A DNA stretch of 64,000 nt from Candidatus Cloacimonadales bacterium (GTDB taxonomy: Bacteria; Cloacimonadota; Cloacimonadia; Cloacimonadales; JAIOQZ01): assembly GCA_963674825.1 (NCBI GenBank), contig OY771587.1, positions 128,001 to 192,000 of the forward strand. The letters run 5' to 3'. The translations under genes were made by a program, and so were the position numbers. Shown piece by piece: positions 49,601-58,849 of the stretch. Each line of letters opens with the position of its first letter. The stretch's first letter is position 1. The notes beneath the pieces are model-generated. The model worked only from the letters and a program-made list of their open reading frames with translations. It ran no database searches and had not been told where the DNA came from.

Positions 49601-49815
49601 TCAAGCAGGAATCTCGCGTGAAGCTGCACATCTACAACGTCCGCGGCCAACGCGTGAGAACGATCGTCGATGACAGGCTGGAAGCCGGACGCCACACCCT
49701 TCTCTGGCGTGGCGACGATGAAGTGGGCAGCGATGTGGCAAGCGGTGTTTACCTCTATCGACTCTCGATCGATGGGCGCACACTGCCGATCCGGAAGTGC
49801 TTGTTGATTAAATAA
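46696..49815 (+). CDS. secreted endo-beta-N-acetylglucosaminidase, GH85, with FlgD-Ig/T9SS-like C-terminal domain
   Basis: FWQYIDLFVFWGGS, AAHRNGVPILGTIFF, YYGFDGWFINQET, WYDAM, QDILPTW; C-terminal NYPNPFNPET. Confidence 0.9.
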   Translation: MGGMMKSGFILLMILFTTLLAAYPSNQPYASYWHPNTLLNWTPEGDPDAPYNRCIVPLQDRTIDPDHIVNPNARPNEGRVANLYISAGTSNNPSQGWTQIEGPAFHFWQYIDLFVFWGGSAGEGLILAPTTDIIAAAHRNGVPILGTIFFPPTAYGGQIQWVNDLLQTDGGTFSVADKLIEVCEYYGFDGWFINQETAGGNASTATSMRDFMIYFQQNSDLELMWYDAMTESGSVSWQEQLNGNNDMFFQYDGQLVSETMFLDFGWNANDLITSQNNADALGRSVYDLYAGVDVQANGYNTSLGWANLFPDDEPHRASLGFYCPSWCYESSSNVQDYFERANRFWVGANRNPANTETTSNWKGVANYIPASTAITELPFVTNFNTGMGDGWALDGEDVSNREWYNRSLQDILPTWQWIVEGNGETLYPQFIFTDGYQGSNCLWISGTSSIENRLRLYRTALPIQSDTHIDITWRYPAMGETSMSIGLTFADQMDSPIDLPIGSAPNNDWQTTGFDLGSYAGRTLAEISFCFGDVNTYHMYIGQIRIYNGEISQPAAPTNVVIDSKAEDELDEASIRVSWVGSTDDVQTYHVYRIKPDGNRQFLWGCCSDACFLPEINRLGDELHTTLEVYAIGKDGGRSEPATVQFDWNAGLPPEQASTPNPANGDTTAFTNCLLLWGPSPNADSYDVYFGTSEEMVQVVNTANAYYEPQNELDPNTQYYWRVDPVNEQATTLGETWTFTTTEGNLGIFTNHADIGDVSTPGSVSYLDGVYTVTASGSDIWNSSDEFHYVFKKFRGDTQFNIRCTSVESEDDWTKAGIMMRTDWSDPGSAFAIAMQITDNHVTLQYRTEDGESASWIGYTTGGTSGPKWLYLRRIGNNIRAYYSEGEDPVPFDELILMGDIDIPGMDYEAYAGIALNAHDDSIVAEAVFDNVTIAEDIANDPDAPVYEDQLLQNYPNPFNPETSIEFELKQESRVKLHIYNVRGQRVRTIVDDRLEAGRHTLLWRGDDEVGSDVASGVYLYRLSIDGRTLPIRKCLLIK

Positions 49816-49941
49816 AACCTCACCTTATCCCTCCAATATCATGGTTAAGGGGACGGCATATTGCGGGATTAACCCACTTAATCCTTGACACGAGGTTGCA
49901 ATCTCAATTGTTTGAATTAGCTTATTTTCGGATCTTTGAAA

Positions 49942-50296
<355 letters not shown>

Positions 50297-50502
50297 TCAA
50301 AGGATTCTCGTAAATGTCGGAATGAATGCTAATACCCTGCAATCAACGAACACTGGACTGTGCATGCAGCCTGACGAATCTGTTATAGTGATGATCCTAA
50401 AATTATACCCAACATCCATTCGAATGATTACCATCAAGTACGATTCGATATAATGATAAACCAAATCAGAACCGTTAGGATTTTTTCAATCTTAGGAGAA
50501 TT

Positions 50503-51750
50503 ATGAAACCTGCTACATTTATCTTGATCGGAGCTGGCGACCGTGGAAACACCTATGCCACTTATGCTGAGCATTTTCCAGAAAAAATGAAAATAGTCGG
50601 GGTGGCTGAACCACGCGAAGAACACCGTGAAGCCATGATGAGAAAGCACAACATCCCTGTTGAAAATGTATTCACCGATTGGCGACAAGTAGCAATGAAA
50701 CCGCGCTTCGCCGATGCCGTCATTATCGCCACGCAAGATAAAATGCACACCGAACCAGCCATCAAGTTCGCAGAACTCGGTTATCATATGATGCTTGAGA
50801 AACCCATGGCCCCTACGCCAATTGAGTGTGAGCAGATTGTTGAAGCGGTTGAAAGGAACAAGATCATTTTTGCTGTATGCCATGTTCTGCGATATACAAG
50901 CTACACAAAGAATCTGAAGCAACTCCTCGATGCTGGCAGAGTAGGCGATATTGTGAGTGTCCAGCGCTTGGAGCCAGTGGGTTACTGGCATCAGGCGCAT
51001 TCGTATGTACGTGGAAACTGGCGAAACGAAGCCGAATCCAATTTCATGTTGCTGGCAAAATCGTGCCATGATCTGGATTGGATCCGCTACATCGTCGGTC
51101 AGCCTTTTACGAAGCTATCCTCCTTTGGTAATCTGAAGCACTTTCGCAAGGAGAATCAACCGGCGTGGGCTGCTTCCCGATGCCTGAGCTGTCCTGAAGA
51201 GGTTGAGCAAAACTGTCCATATTCGGCAGTAAAGATTTATCTGGGATTTCTGGAAAAAGGCGTGACAGGCTGGCCGGTTTCCGTCCTAACGCCAAACCCA
51301 AGCCGGGAAAAGATTTTGCATGAACTGGCTAATGGCCCATATGGCAGATGCGTGTATGATTGCGACAACGACGTCGTCGATCACCAGGTTGTGAACATGG
51401 AATTCGAAAACGGATGCACTGCCGGTTTCACGATGACGGCCTTCACAAAATCCGGCGGAAGACGCACGCGCATCTTCGGAACGCGCGGTGAGATCGAAGG
51501 CGACGGCAGGTTCATCAAGATCCACGATTTCATGACCAACGAAGACGAGACCATCGACACGCAGATCGCCGGCGGGATCATGAAACAGCATGGTGGCGGC
51601 GATTTCGGATTGATGGAAAATTTCGTGAATGCCCTGCTCGCAGGCGATCCGTCTCTCGTCATCACCGGAGCACGCGAAAGCCTCGAAACCCATCTGGCAG
51701 TCTTTGCAGCCGAAAAAGCGAGAAGAGAAAACCGCATTGTGGAGATGTAG
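50503..51750 (+). CDS. Gfo/Idh/MocA family oxidoreductase
   Basis: IGAGDRG, LEKPMA, HSYVRGNW, KSCHDLD, HGGGD. Confidence 0.92.
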   Translation: MKPATFILIGAGDRGNTYATYAEHFPEKMKIVGVAEPREEHREAMMRKHNIPVENVFTDWRQVAMKPRFADAVIIATQDKMHTEPAIKFAELGYHMMLEKPMAPTPIECEQIVEAVERNKIIFAVCHVLRYTSYTKNLKQLLDAGRVGDIVSVQRLEPVGYWHQAHSYVRGNWRNEAESNFMLLAKSCHDLDWIRYIVGQPFTKLSSFGNLKHFRKENQPAWAASRCLSCPEEVEQNCPYSAVKIYLGFLEKGVTGWPVSVLTPNPSREKILHELANGPYGRCVYDCDNDVVDHQVVNMEFENGCTAGFTMTAFTKSGGRRTRIFGTRGEIEGDGRFIKIHDFMTNEDETIDTQIAGGIMKQHGGGDFGLMENFVNALLAGDPSLVITGARESLETHLAVFAAEKARRENRIVEM

Positions 51751-51753
51751 TTC

Positions 51754-52635
51754 ATGACCGTGTCCTGGAGAATGCAGCACTACAACAATAGTTGCGCGTC
51801 CGCGTGCATGGCGATGCTGCTGAGTCAGCACAGTATCGATAAACAGGACCGCGACGTGATCATCGAGACGCAGATGCCCTGGCTTGTACGGCTGGACACG
51901 AGCAGCATGTCCTATCGGGCCGGCGTGCTGGTTCAGGACAAGGAAACATTCGACCTCATGCTGAACCGCTATGGCCTGGAGTTCATCGAGTACCAGCACG
52001 CTGACTGGCAGGAATACATCGACCGGGCAGACAATCTACTTTCCCGCGGCACGCCCTTCATGACCGGCATCATGAGCTCTTCGCATTCGGGATCGCACGC
52101 TGTGGTGTTTTACGATGCATACCGTGCACTGAATCCCGATACCGGCCTGGACAGAGCGCAGGAATACGCGTTCGAGGATGTGCGGGAGCATGTTGAAATG
52201 AGCTTCACCCTTGAGCAATTCGAGGAAATGGCAAATCCGAACCTGGTCATCGGGTGCCTGGCGGAGGCTTCGGGGAAGACTGCCGACCGCGACGTAGCCT
52301 TGCAGCGTAGCCGGAAGGCCATGAGCGTTTACGCGGATATCGTCCGGCAGCGCTTGAGCAGCATCGCGACACCCGACTACGACGCCTTTTTCCGCTTCAT
52401 CATCGACGTGGTGAAGCCCATCGCGCTCGACCTCTGCACCGCCATCCAGATCAGCGGCACCAATCCAGAGTTCGTCCGCACCCTGACCCACTACAAACAA
52501 GAGGTTATCGCCATCCAGCAGCAGATCAAGTCCGGCCAGCTACAGGACTGGGAAGCTGCGAAGGAGAGAATTGCTGAGGAGGCGGATTTTATTGGAAGCA
52601 ACATAGTACGGCAACCTATTCAAGATGACTATTAG
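51754..52635 (+). CDS. papain-like (C39-like) peptidase domain protein
   Basis: N-terminal QHYNNSCASACMAMLL, SHAVV, LNPD. Confidence 0.6.
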   Translation: MTVSWRMQHYNNSCASACMAMLLSQHSIDKQDRDVIIETQMPWLVRLDTSSMSYRAGVLVQDKETFDLMLNRYGLEFIEYQHADWQEYIDRADNLLSRGTPFMTGIMSSSHSGSHAVVFYDAYRALNPDTGLDRAQEYAFEDVREHVEMSFTLEQFEEMANPNLVIGCLAEASGKTADRDVALQRSRKAMSVYADIVRQRLSSIATPDYDAFFRFIIDVVKPIALDLCTAIQISGTNPEFVRTLTHYKQEVIAIQQQIKSGQLQDWEAAKERIAEEADFIGSNIVRQPIQDDY

Positions 52636-52658
52636 TTACATACCATGCGGGAGACAAT

Positions 52659-54621
52659 ATGGAAAAAGTTACGTTTCTTCCAACCAATGATTTAGCAAGA
52701 GGATACTACCTTGAGATTTTATATAAAGTAGTCACAGAATTCGACAAGAAGAAGTCTCGACGTACTATAAATGATTTTATTGAGATGCATCATATTGTTC
52801 AATACATGAATGAAAATGTTTTTCTCCTCAAATGGACCGATAGTGAGAAAGATATCATTCGAAGAAAAGCAAAAATTTTCCCAGCGATGATCTGTAAATA
52901 CTTCAAGAGTATTAGGTTTCGACAAATAGGAAGACTCTACAAAAAGACGTTGAACGAATATCGGTATGATTTTTGGTTCTTAATGGATAAATATGAGTGT
53001 TTTAATAACATTCCAGAGAAATACTTCCTACGCTATTTGCTTAGATACCAACCAAGATTACTCGACATATTATCACATAAGAAGCTTGTTAGACACTTCG
53101 ATCATGCCTTAAGGAGTTACTTAATTGTTTCAATGGAGACTGCAGAAAAGCTAATTGAGCGGTTTGCATTTGTTAATCATGGCAATCTCTATTTCCCTGC
53201 CTGTCTCACAATTCAAGACAAAGAAAATATTATCCAGAAATACATTATATCAAAGAAAGCAAGCTCAAACTATACTAGTGCAATTGAAAGCATCAGGAAT
53301 TGTTCTAAAGAACTTGAGATATCAGATAAAACACGCCTTGCTGCCAAAAAACGATCTATCCAATTGAATAATGACCTTTTCTCCAAGTCGCAGGTGATAT
53401 CTAATAAAATACGAGTATTGTTTCAAGAACAAGAGATAGAAGTCCATACAAGAAATGAAGGACTGAACCACACCTATTCTTACAGTACGAGCTGGATAGT
53501 TAATCATCTAGACTTCGAAACCCTTTTTAAATAATTTCATCCATTTATTCAACTTCGCTGACTTACAGATGAGGATATCACTTGTGAATAACCCGATTGA
53601 ACCTGGATTATTCCGATACTTACTTCCTCAAGGTAGTACAACGTATAATACAGGATTATCATATCAATACGTAGACCGACTTTCATCCCATCAATTCTAT
53701 CTATATTATAACATCCTTAGAGATTGCAACATTGCTACCGAAGATATGATCGAATGGTTTTTTACTCAATATCTCCCACGCGAGTTTGGAGCTAACGGAT
53801 TTCGTATTATTATGCCTTCATCAAATTCTCGATATTTTGAAAAATGCAGAACCGTTTTACCTGAAATTGAAAGTATATTGAAGCAATTTAATCTATATAT
53901 TAATGATGGCAAGATCGACCATGAATTAATGCAAATAGCATCAAATCCACTTCCTCTGAGCCACTGCTCAAGTTTCCTGCAAAATAAATACATATATCCC
54001 AATACTGATGAAAGCCAAGAATACCGAAATGTAGTCCATCTTCTTTTCTCAGACCAATGCATGCTCAAATACCTAAAACGCGCGAAAAGGAATTATAGAC
54101 ATTTTACAGAATTAATACTGTCTGAGACTGTCAGATACAACGACTACTCCGACTATCTACATAGTAGCTTGGACTGGTTGCAAAGGCATGGCTACATTGC
54201 ACTCCGTAACGATTCGCTATGCTTTTCCAACATAAATCAAGTACAAGTATTGTTTGATCTACACAAGAATCAGACAATAAATTACTGGCGATGCTCTCCT
54301 CAACTTCGCACAGAAATTGACAAACTCATCCAGAAAAGATTGCTGAAAGCTGGAAATAGTCTATTCTCAGCACCAGAACAAGATTACTTTGACTATCACT
54401 TAAATAGAAGAACTTTTAGCAATTCCTTGGACTTGAGAAACAAGTACTTGCACGGCACACAGCCTGATCCCGAAGACGACAAACAACATGAAGCCAACTA
54501 TATGATCATCTTGAAGCTATTGATTCTTATCATTATCAAAATTAACGATGAATTTTGCTTACATGATGATAAAAAAAAAGGAAATCCTTCTCACCCATAT
54601 ATGACATTACCATATGAATAG
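52659..54621 (+). pseudogene. AT-rich gene of about 650 aa split by a +1 frameshift (ORFs 52659..53534 and 53569..54621); C-terminal RxxxxH HEPN-like motif
   Basis: Removing one T from the T5 run at 53524..53528 joins both ORFs (…ETLLNNFIHLFNFADLQMRISL…); DLRNKYLHG near the C-terminus. Confidence 0.65.
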
Positions 54622-54627
54622 ATACTC

Positions 54628-56607
54628 TCACTTCACCAGCAGGGCTTTGCTGACTATCTCCTTCTCGTCGGTGGCGAGCTTGAGCAGATAGACGCCGGAG
54701 GCGACCTCTTCCCCATGCGCGTCGGTACCGTTCCACACAACCTGGTGCTGCCCGGCGGCGTAGCGCTCGTTGGCGAGAGTGCGCACCTTGCGGCCTCGGA
54801 CGTCGTACACCTCCAGCCGGGCACGGGAATCGTGCTTCAGGCTGAACGTAACCGTCGTGGACGGGTTGAATGGATTGGGGTAGTTGGTCAGACACCAGGA
54901 ATATTCCGGCGCGCTGGGGTCGTCGGTGGCGTTGCTCACGATTATCGACCAGTTCACTTGCGCAGCCTCGAAACCATCCGATATGACGCACTGCATCGTG
55001 TATTCGCACATTTCCGTGAACTGCGCTTGAACCGACGCGGTGGAATCGGCGTATAACTCTCCGTCCAGGTACCACTCGTAGAAGAGCGAATCGCCATCTT
55101 CATCAGTCGCTTCGACCGCGAACTCGATCTCCTCGTTCGGATAGACGTAGATCTCCTGCATTTCTGGAATGATCGTCAGCACCACCGGCTCGTGGTTGAC
55201 GACGGTAATGTAGTCTTCGAACACCACCGAAACGCTGTCGCCGTCGTTGTAAGCCGTCATTTTCACCGAGAAAGTACCCTCAGCGCCGTAAGCATGTGCG
55301 GGATTCTGTTCCTGCGAATCGTAAACGCCGTCATTTTCGAAGTCCCAGTTATAGCTCGCCGGACCATGCAGGGTCATGTCCGTGAACTGCACAGCTCGTG
55401 ACGGGGAAGGCTCGGTGTCGTCGGCTACGAAATTCGCAACCATCAGGGTATCGACAGTCACGCTCATCAGGAAATCGTAGGCATCGGTCGCCATCGCCTG
55501 TTGTGCTTCGAGAATCACCTGATCTTCAGGCATAAACGAGGTCCAGCTATCAAAATAGGTGTCGAATGTATCAAAGAGCTCCTCTTCCATGGGGAAAACC
55601 TGTTCCCAGATGCCGGTTTCATCGTTGTTCACAAGCTTGTAACTATCGGCATAGAGCGTGCTGCCGGGGCAGTCGTAGATCATCCCCTTGAGCTCGATCG
55701 CCCTTTCGCAGAGGGCAGAGGAATCATCGGTGTTGGTCTCTTCCGGTGGTAATCCCACAGGAAAGACCGGCACAGCGATCGCGCCGGCAGGCTGTCCGAG
55801 CAGCGCCCACATGACGGTCAGTTCGGCTGGCTCGTACGGGAGCACGCCGCGGAAAACAGCCGTCGAACCGTTTCCGGGATTGCTGATGCTCTGGTTGGCG
55901 CGGACATAACCCCAGGGCTTTCCGGGCTCATATTGGGCAAGATAGGGGATTTCATAGGGGATGCTTTGGGAATCGGAGAGATCCCGCGAGTGAATCTGAA
56001 GGATGGAGCGGTAGTTGATATTGTTGTCCGCCTGAAGCTCTTCCATGATCGCGTTGCTGCGGTTATAGCGCTCAATACCGCTGCTACCTTCGCCATTGAA
56101 GGAGAAATTCGCGCGCACGATGTAGCCATTGGGGTCGTCTTGCGTATCGAATTTCCAGTACTCCGTGGTTCCCACCTCATACATGGCGGCACCGCCTTCT
56201 GCGTCGATCACAGCGTAATTTGTGTGGGTATCGCGTCCCTCAGCGTTGGTGCTGTCCAGAATCGCCTCGAAGTCGGCGAGTGTTTCGCACCGCGCCAGGC
56301 AATACAGCATCAGATCGCCGTTTCCCATGGGACGGTCAAGATCGCTGGAGAGGGCGTTTCCGATAGCGAAGCCTTTCTCATTGACCCCCATCCAGAAGTA
56401 ACTCGAGCCAACGCTGCCGATGCCGATGAAGTCGTTGCGGCCTTCGTCGTTGAACTTGACCACCTGACTACCGCCGACATCGCGGCTCTTCCACATCAGT
56501 GGCCGTCCGTCGTTCGTCACGCTGCCCGATGCAACGCCGATGGTGCAGGCAAATCCGTGCATCATGGCAAATAATAACAATATCGTGAGTAATATCTTCG
56601 CGTTCAT
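54628..56607 (-). CDS. secreted Ntn-hydrolase (C45/C69-like) with PKD and FlgD-Ig/T9SS-like C-terminal domain
   Basis: Signal peptide ending at A-CTIG (N-terminal nucleophile Cys), DGRPLMWKSRD, MGVNEKG, WDFENDG, NYPNPFNPST; true start MNAKILL. Confidence 0.85.
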   Translation of the reverse strand: MNAKILLTILLLFAMMHGFACTIGVASGSVTNDGRPLMWKSRDVGGSQVVKFNDEGRNDFIGIGSVGSSYFWMGVNEKGFAIGNALSSDLDRPMGNGDLMLYCLARCETLADFEAILDSTNAEGRDTHTNYAVIDAEGGAAMYEVGTTEYWKFDTQDDPNGYIVRANFSFNGEGSSGIERYNRSNAIMEELQADNNINYRSILQIHSRDLSDSQSIPYEIPYLAQYEPGKPWGYVRANQSISNPGNGSTAVFRGVLPYEPAELTVMWALLGQPAGAIAVPVFPVGLPPEETNTDDSSALCERAIELKGMIYDCPGSTLYADSYKLVNNDETGIWEQVFPMEEELFDTFDTYFDSWTSFMPEDQVILEAQQAMATDAYDFLMSVTVDTLMVANFVADDTEPSPSRAVQFTDMTLHGPASYNWDFENDGVYDSQEQNPAHAYGAEGTFSVKMTAYNDGDSVSVVFEDYITVVNHEPVVLTIIPEMQEIYVYPNEEIEFAVEATDEDGDSLFYEWYLDGELYADSTASVQAQFTEMCEYTMQCVISDGFEAAQVNWSIIVSNATDDPSAPEYSWCLTNYPNPFNPSTTVTFSLKHDSRARLEVYDVRGRKVRTLANERYAAGQHQVVWNGTDAHGEEVASGVYLLKLATDEKEIVSKALLVK

Positions 56608-56843
56608 GGAATCCCCCTTATCAAAACCGATGATGCCGATGGATTTAAATGATGGCAAGGAAAATCTGTGATGCAAGTGGATCGTAATCCATCGTGTCAT
56701 GCTGCGTACAACGCAAAAGCGTATCGAAGCTCGACACGACGAACCATGTGATCCAGCATCGCTTTGTAGCGCTCGATCTCCTGTGTGTTTGCATGCAAAC
56801 ACGAATCCCGAGTGAAACGATAGCGAGCCAGGTGTGCGTTCTC

Positions 56844-57096
56844 CATGGAACGCGGACGTCCCCGTCCGCCTCCACATCTCCATCAACCTTCCACGATCCA
56901 TGAAATCAACATTCGGAAGATGATTTCTTGAAGAAAAGGGCAGGCACAGGGACCTGCCCCTACAGCGCACCCGGTACTCCGGGTCTTCTTTCCCCTTGGA
57001 TCGCCAAGCCCCAGCTTGGCAATTCTCCATGAAATCAACATTCGGAAGATGATTTCTTGAAGAAAAGGGCAGACACAGTGGTCTGCCCCCTACAGC
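56844..57096. repeat. REP/BIME-like composite cluster (modules D, A+B, C, A+B)
   Basis: About 70-bp direct repeat at 56897..56966 and 57026..57096, each ending in a GGGCAG..CTGCCC(C)CTAC hairpin (GTAG-type on the minus strand); other modules recur at 11.1-11.2 kb and 61.7-61.8 kb. Confidence 0.85.
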
Positions 57097-57220
57097 TAGG
57101 TAGGCGACAAGTATTCTTTCGCGCAGGAATTGGGGATAAATCATTTTCATTGACAAAATACAAGTTTGGAACAATAAGTATAATCTCTGACCCAGTGGAT
57201 TTGATGAAAGGTGTAATGTA

Positions 57221-58849
57221 ATGGCTTACAGAGTTTTAGCAAGAAAGTACAGACCGCAGCGCTTCGAAGATGTCTATGCACAGGAGCATATCACCCGTAC
57301 GCTGTCCAACGCGATCAACCTCAATCGCATCGCGCACGCATACCTGTTTACAGGACCGCGCGGCGTCGGGAAAACCTCCATGGCACGTATCTTCTCAAAA
57401 AGCCTCAACTGCGTGCACGGACCGACTCCCGAGCCCTGCAACGTCTGCGACAACTGCGTCGAGATCACCGCTGGGACATCCTCGGATGTGATCGAGATCG
57501 ACGGCGCTTCCAACACCAGCGTGGAGGATGTCCGCGACTTGCAACGCGAGCTGATGTACGCCACCTCGAAATCAAAGTACAAGATTTATATCATCGACGA
57601 AGTCCACATGCTCTCTAAAAGCGCATTCAACGCGCTGCTCAAGACGCTCGAGGAACCACCCGAGAACGTGATTTTCATCTTCGCGACCACCGAGCCACAC
57701 AAGATTCTGCCTACCATCATCTCGAGATGCCAGCGCTACGATTGCCGCCGTATTCCGGTGGAAGACATCGTCAAGCAGATGCAATCCATCGCCGATTCGG
57801 AGGAAATATCGTTCGACGAGGATGCGCTCTATACCGTTGCACGAAAAGCGGATGGTTCCATGCGTGACGCGCTTTCGCTGATGGACCAGGTCATTTCCTA
57901 CGGCAGCCAGGAAATCACCGGCGAGCTGGTACAATCCATCTTCGGCATTCTTCCCGCAGAAACTTACATCGAGATGCTCGATCACGTTCAGAAGCGTGAC
58001 TCGACCGGCCTGCTGGTCAAGCTTCGCCAGATTCTGGACAGCGGAAACGACCTGCAGGAATTCCTCAACGGCTACCTCGACACCCTGCGCAACCTGCTTC
58101 TGCTCAAGGTCGGTGTCGACCTTCACGAACTCCCCGCAAGTATCATCAATGAGCTCAAGCTCCGTTCGCAGCAGTTCACAGAAAACGACCTGCTCTACAT
58201 GATTTCGCTGCTCATAAAGGCAAAGACCGACGCCCGGTTCGGAAGCGATCCCGTGCTACTCACCGAGATGGTCTTCATCAAGCTGACGCGCATCTCCGAA
58301 ATCCAGTCGCTGGACACGATGATCGAGATGCTGAACAAGCAACCGGTGGAAAGCCGCCAGGAGACCGAGGCATTCTCCGGCATCCAGAAAGAAATCCTGC
58401 ACTACACCCGAGACCGCGAGACCGAAAAGATCGTTCAGGAAGTGAAGAAGCAAAAACCTGAGGTAGAGAACCTCGATCTGGCATACGTTCAGGGCAGATG
58501 GGAAGACTTCATCAAGAAACTGCAACGCGAAAAGTTACAATTATCCGCAATCTACCTGCAAGAAGGCAAGATCCTCACCGTTCGCGACAATCTGATTGAA
58601 GTGGAGCTGAAGAGCCCTACCGCGATGTCGTCCATGCAGCGCAACCTGGAAGATATTCAGGCATGCGCGCAGAAGCACTTCGGGATCAAGCCGCGATTCA
58701 AATTCACCGTCTGCGAACCGGAGCAGGAGCAATACATCTTGAACCCAACACTCGAGCAGATTCGTGAAGAGACACCCGAGCTCGCCGAATTCATCGAGAT
58801 GACCAAGTCAAAAGTCGAATCCCGCACGCCAACGAAACTGAACCAATGA
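57221..58849 (+). CDS. dnaX: DNA polymerase III subunit gamma/tau
   Basis: LARKYRP, GPRGVGKT, Zn motif, IIDEVHML, LLKTLEEPP, SRCQ, GSMRDAL. Confidence 0.97.
   Translation: MAYRVLARKYRPQRFEDVYAQEHITRTLSNAINLNRIAHAYLFTGPRGVGKTSMARIFSKSLNCVHGPTPEPCNVCDNCVEITAGTSSDVIEIDGASNTSVEDVRDLQRELMYATSKSKYKIYIIDEVHMLSKSAFNALLKTLEEPPENVIFIFATTEPHKILPTIISRCQRYDCRRIPVEDIVKQMQSIADSEEISFDEDALYTVARKADGSMRDALSLMDQVISYGSQEITGELVQSIFGILPAETYIEMLDHVQKRDSTGLLVKLRQILDSGNDLQEFLNGYLDTLRNLLLLKVGVDLHELPASIINELKLRSQQFTENDLLYMISLLIKAKTDARFGSDPVLLTEMVFIKLTRISEIQSLDTMIEMLNKQPVESRQETEAFSGIQKEILHYTRDRETEKIVQEVKKQKPEVENLDLAYVQGRWEDFIKKLQREKLQLSAIYLQEGKILTVRDNLIEVELKSPTAMSSMQRNLEDIQACAQKHFGIKPRFKFTVCEPEQEQYILNPTLEQIREETPELAEFIEMTKSKVESRTPTKLNQ

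Noticed and set aside
56897..57096. CRISPR array
   Set aside because: Only two units of about 70 bp, the intervening sequence is itself a repeat found at 11.2 kb, and there are no cas genes.
56608..57174. N-terminal extension of the 848-aa ORF in the track
   Set aside because: It translates intergenic repeats (duplicated SSRNHLPNVDFM); the signal peptide and RBS place the start at 56607.
56608..57220. SRP RNA upstream of dnaX, as in Bacillus
   Set aside because: No CAGG..GGAA..AGCAG domain IV motif was found on either strand.
57221..58849. Programmed -1 frameshift in dnaX
   Set aside because: No A-AAA-AAG or long A run followed by an early stop was seen.
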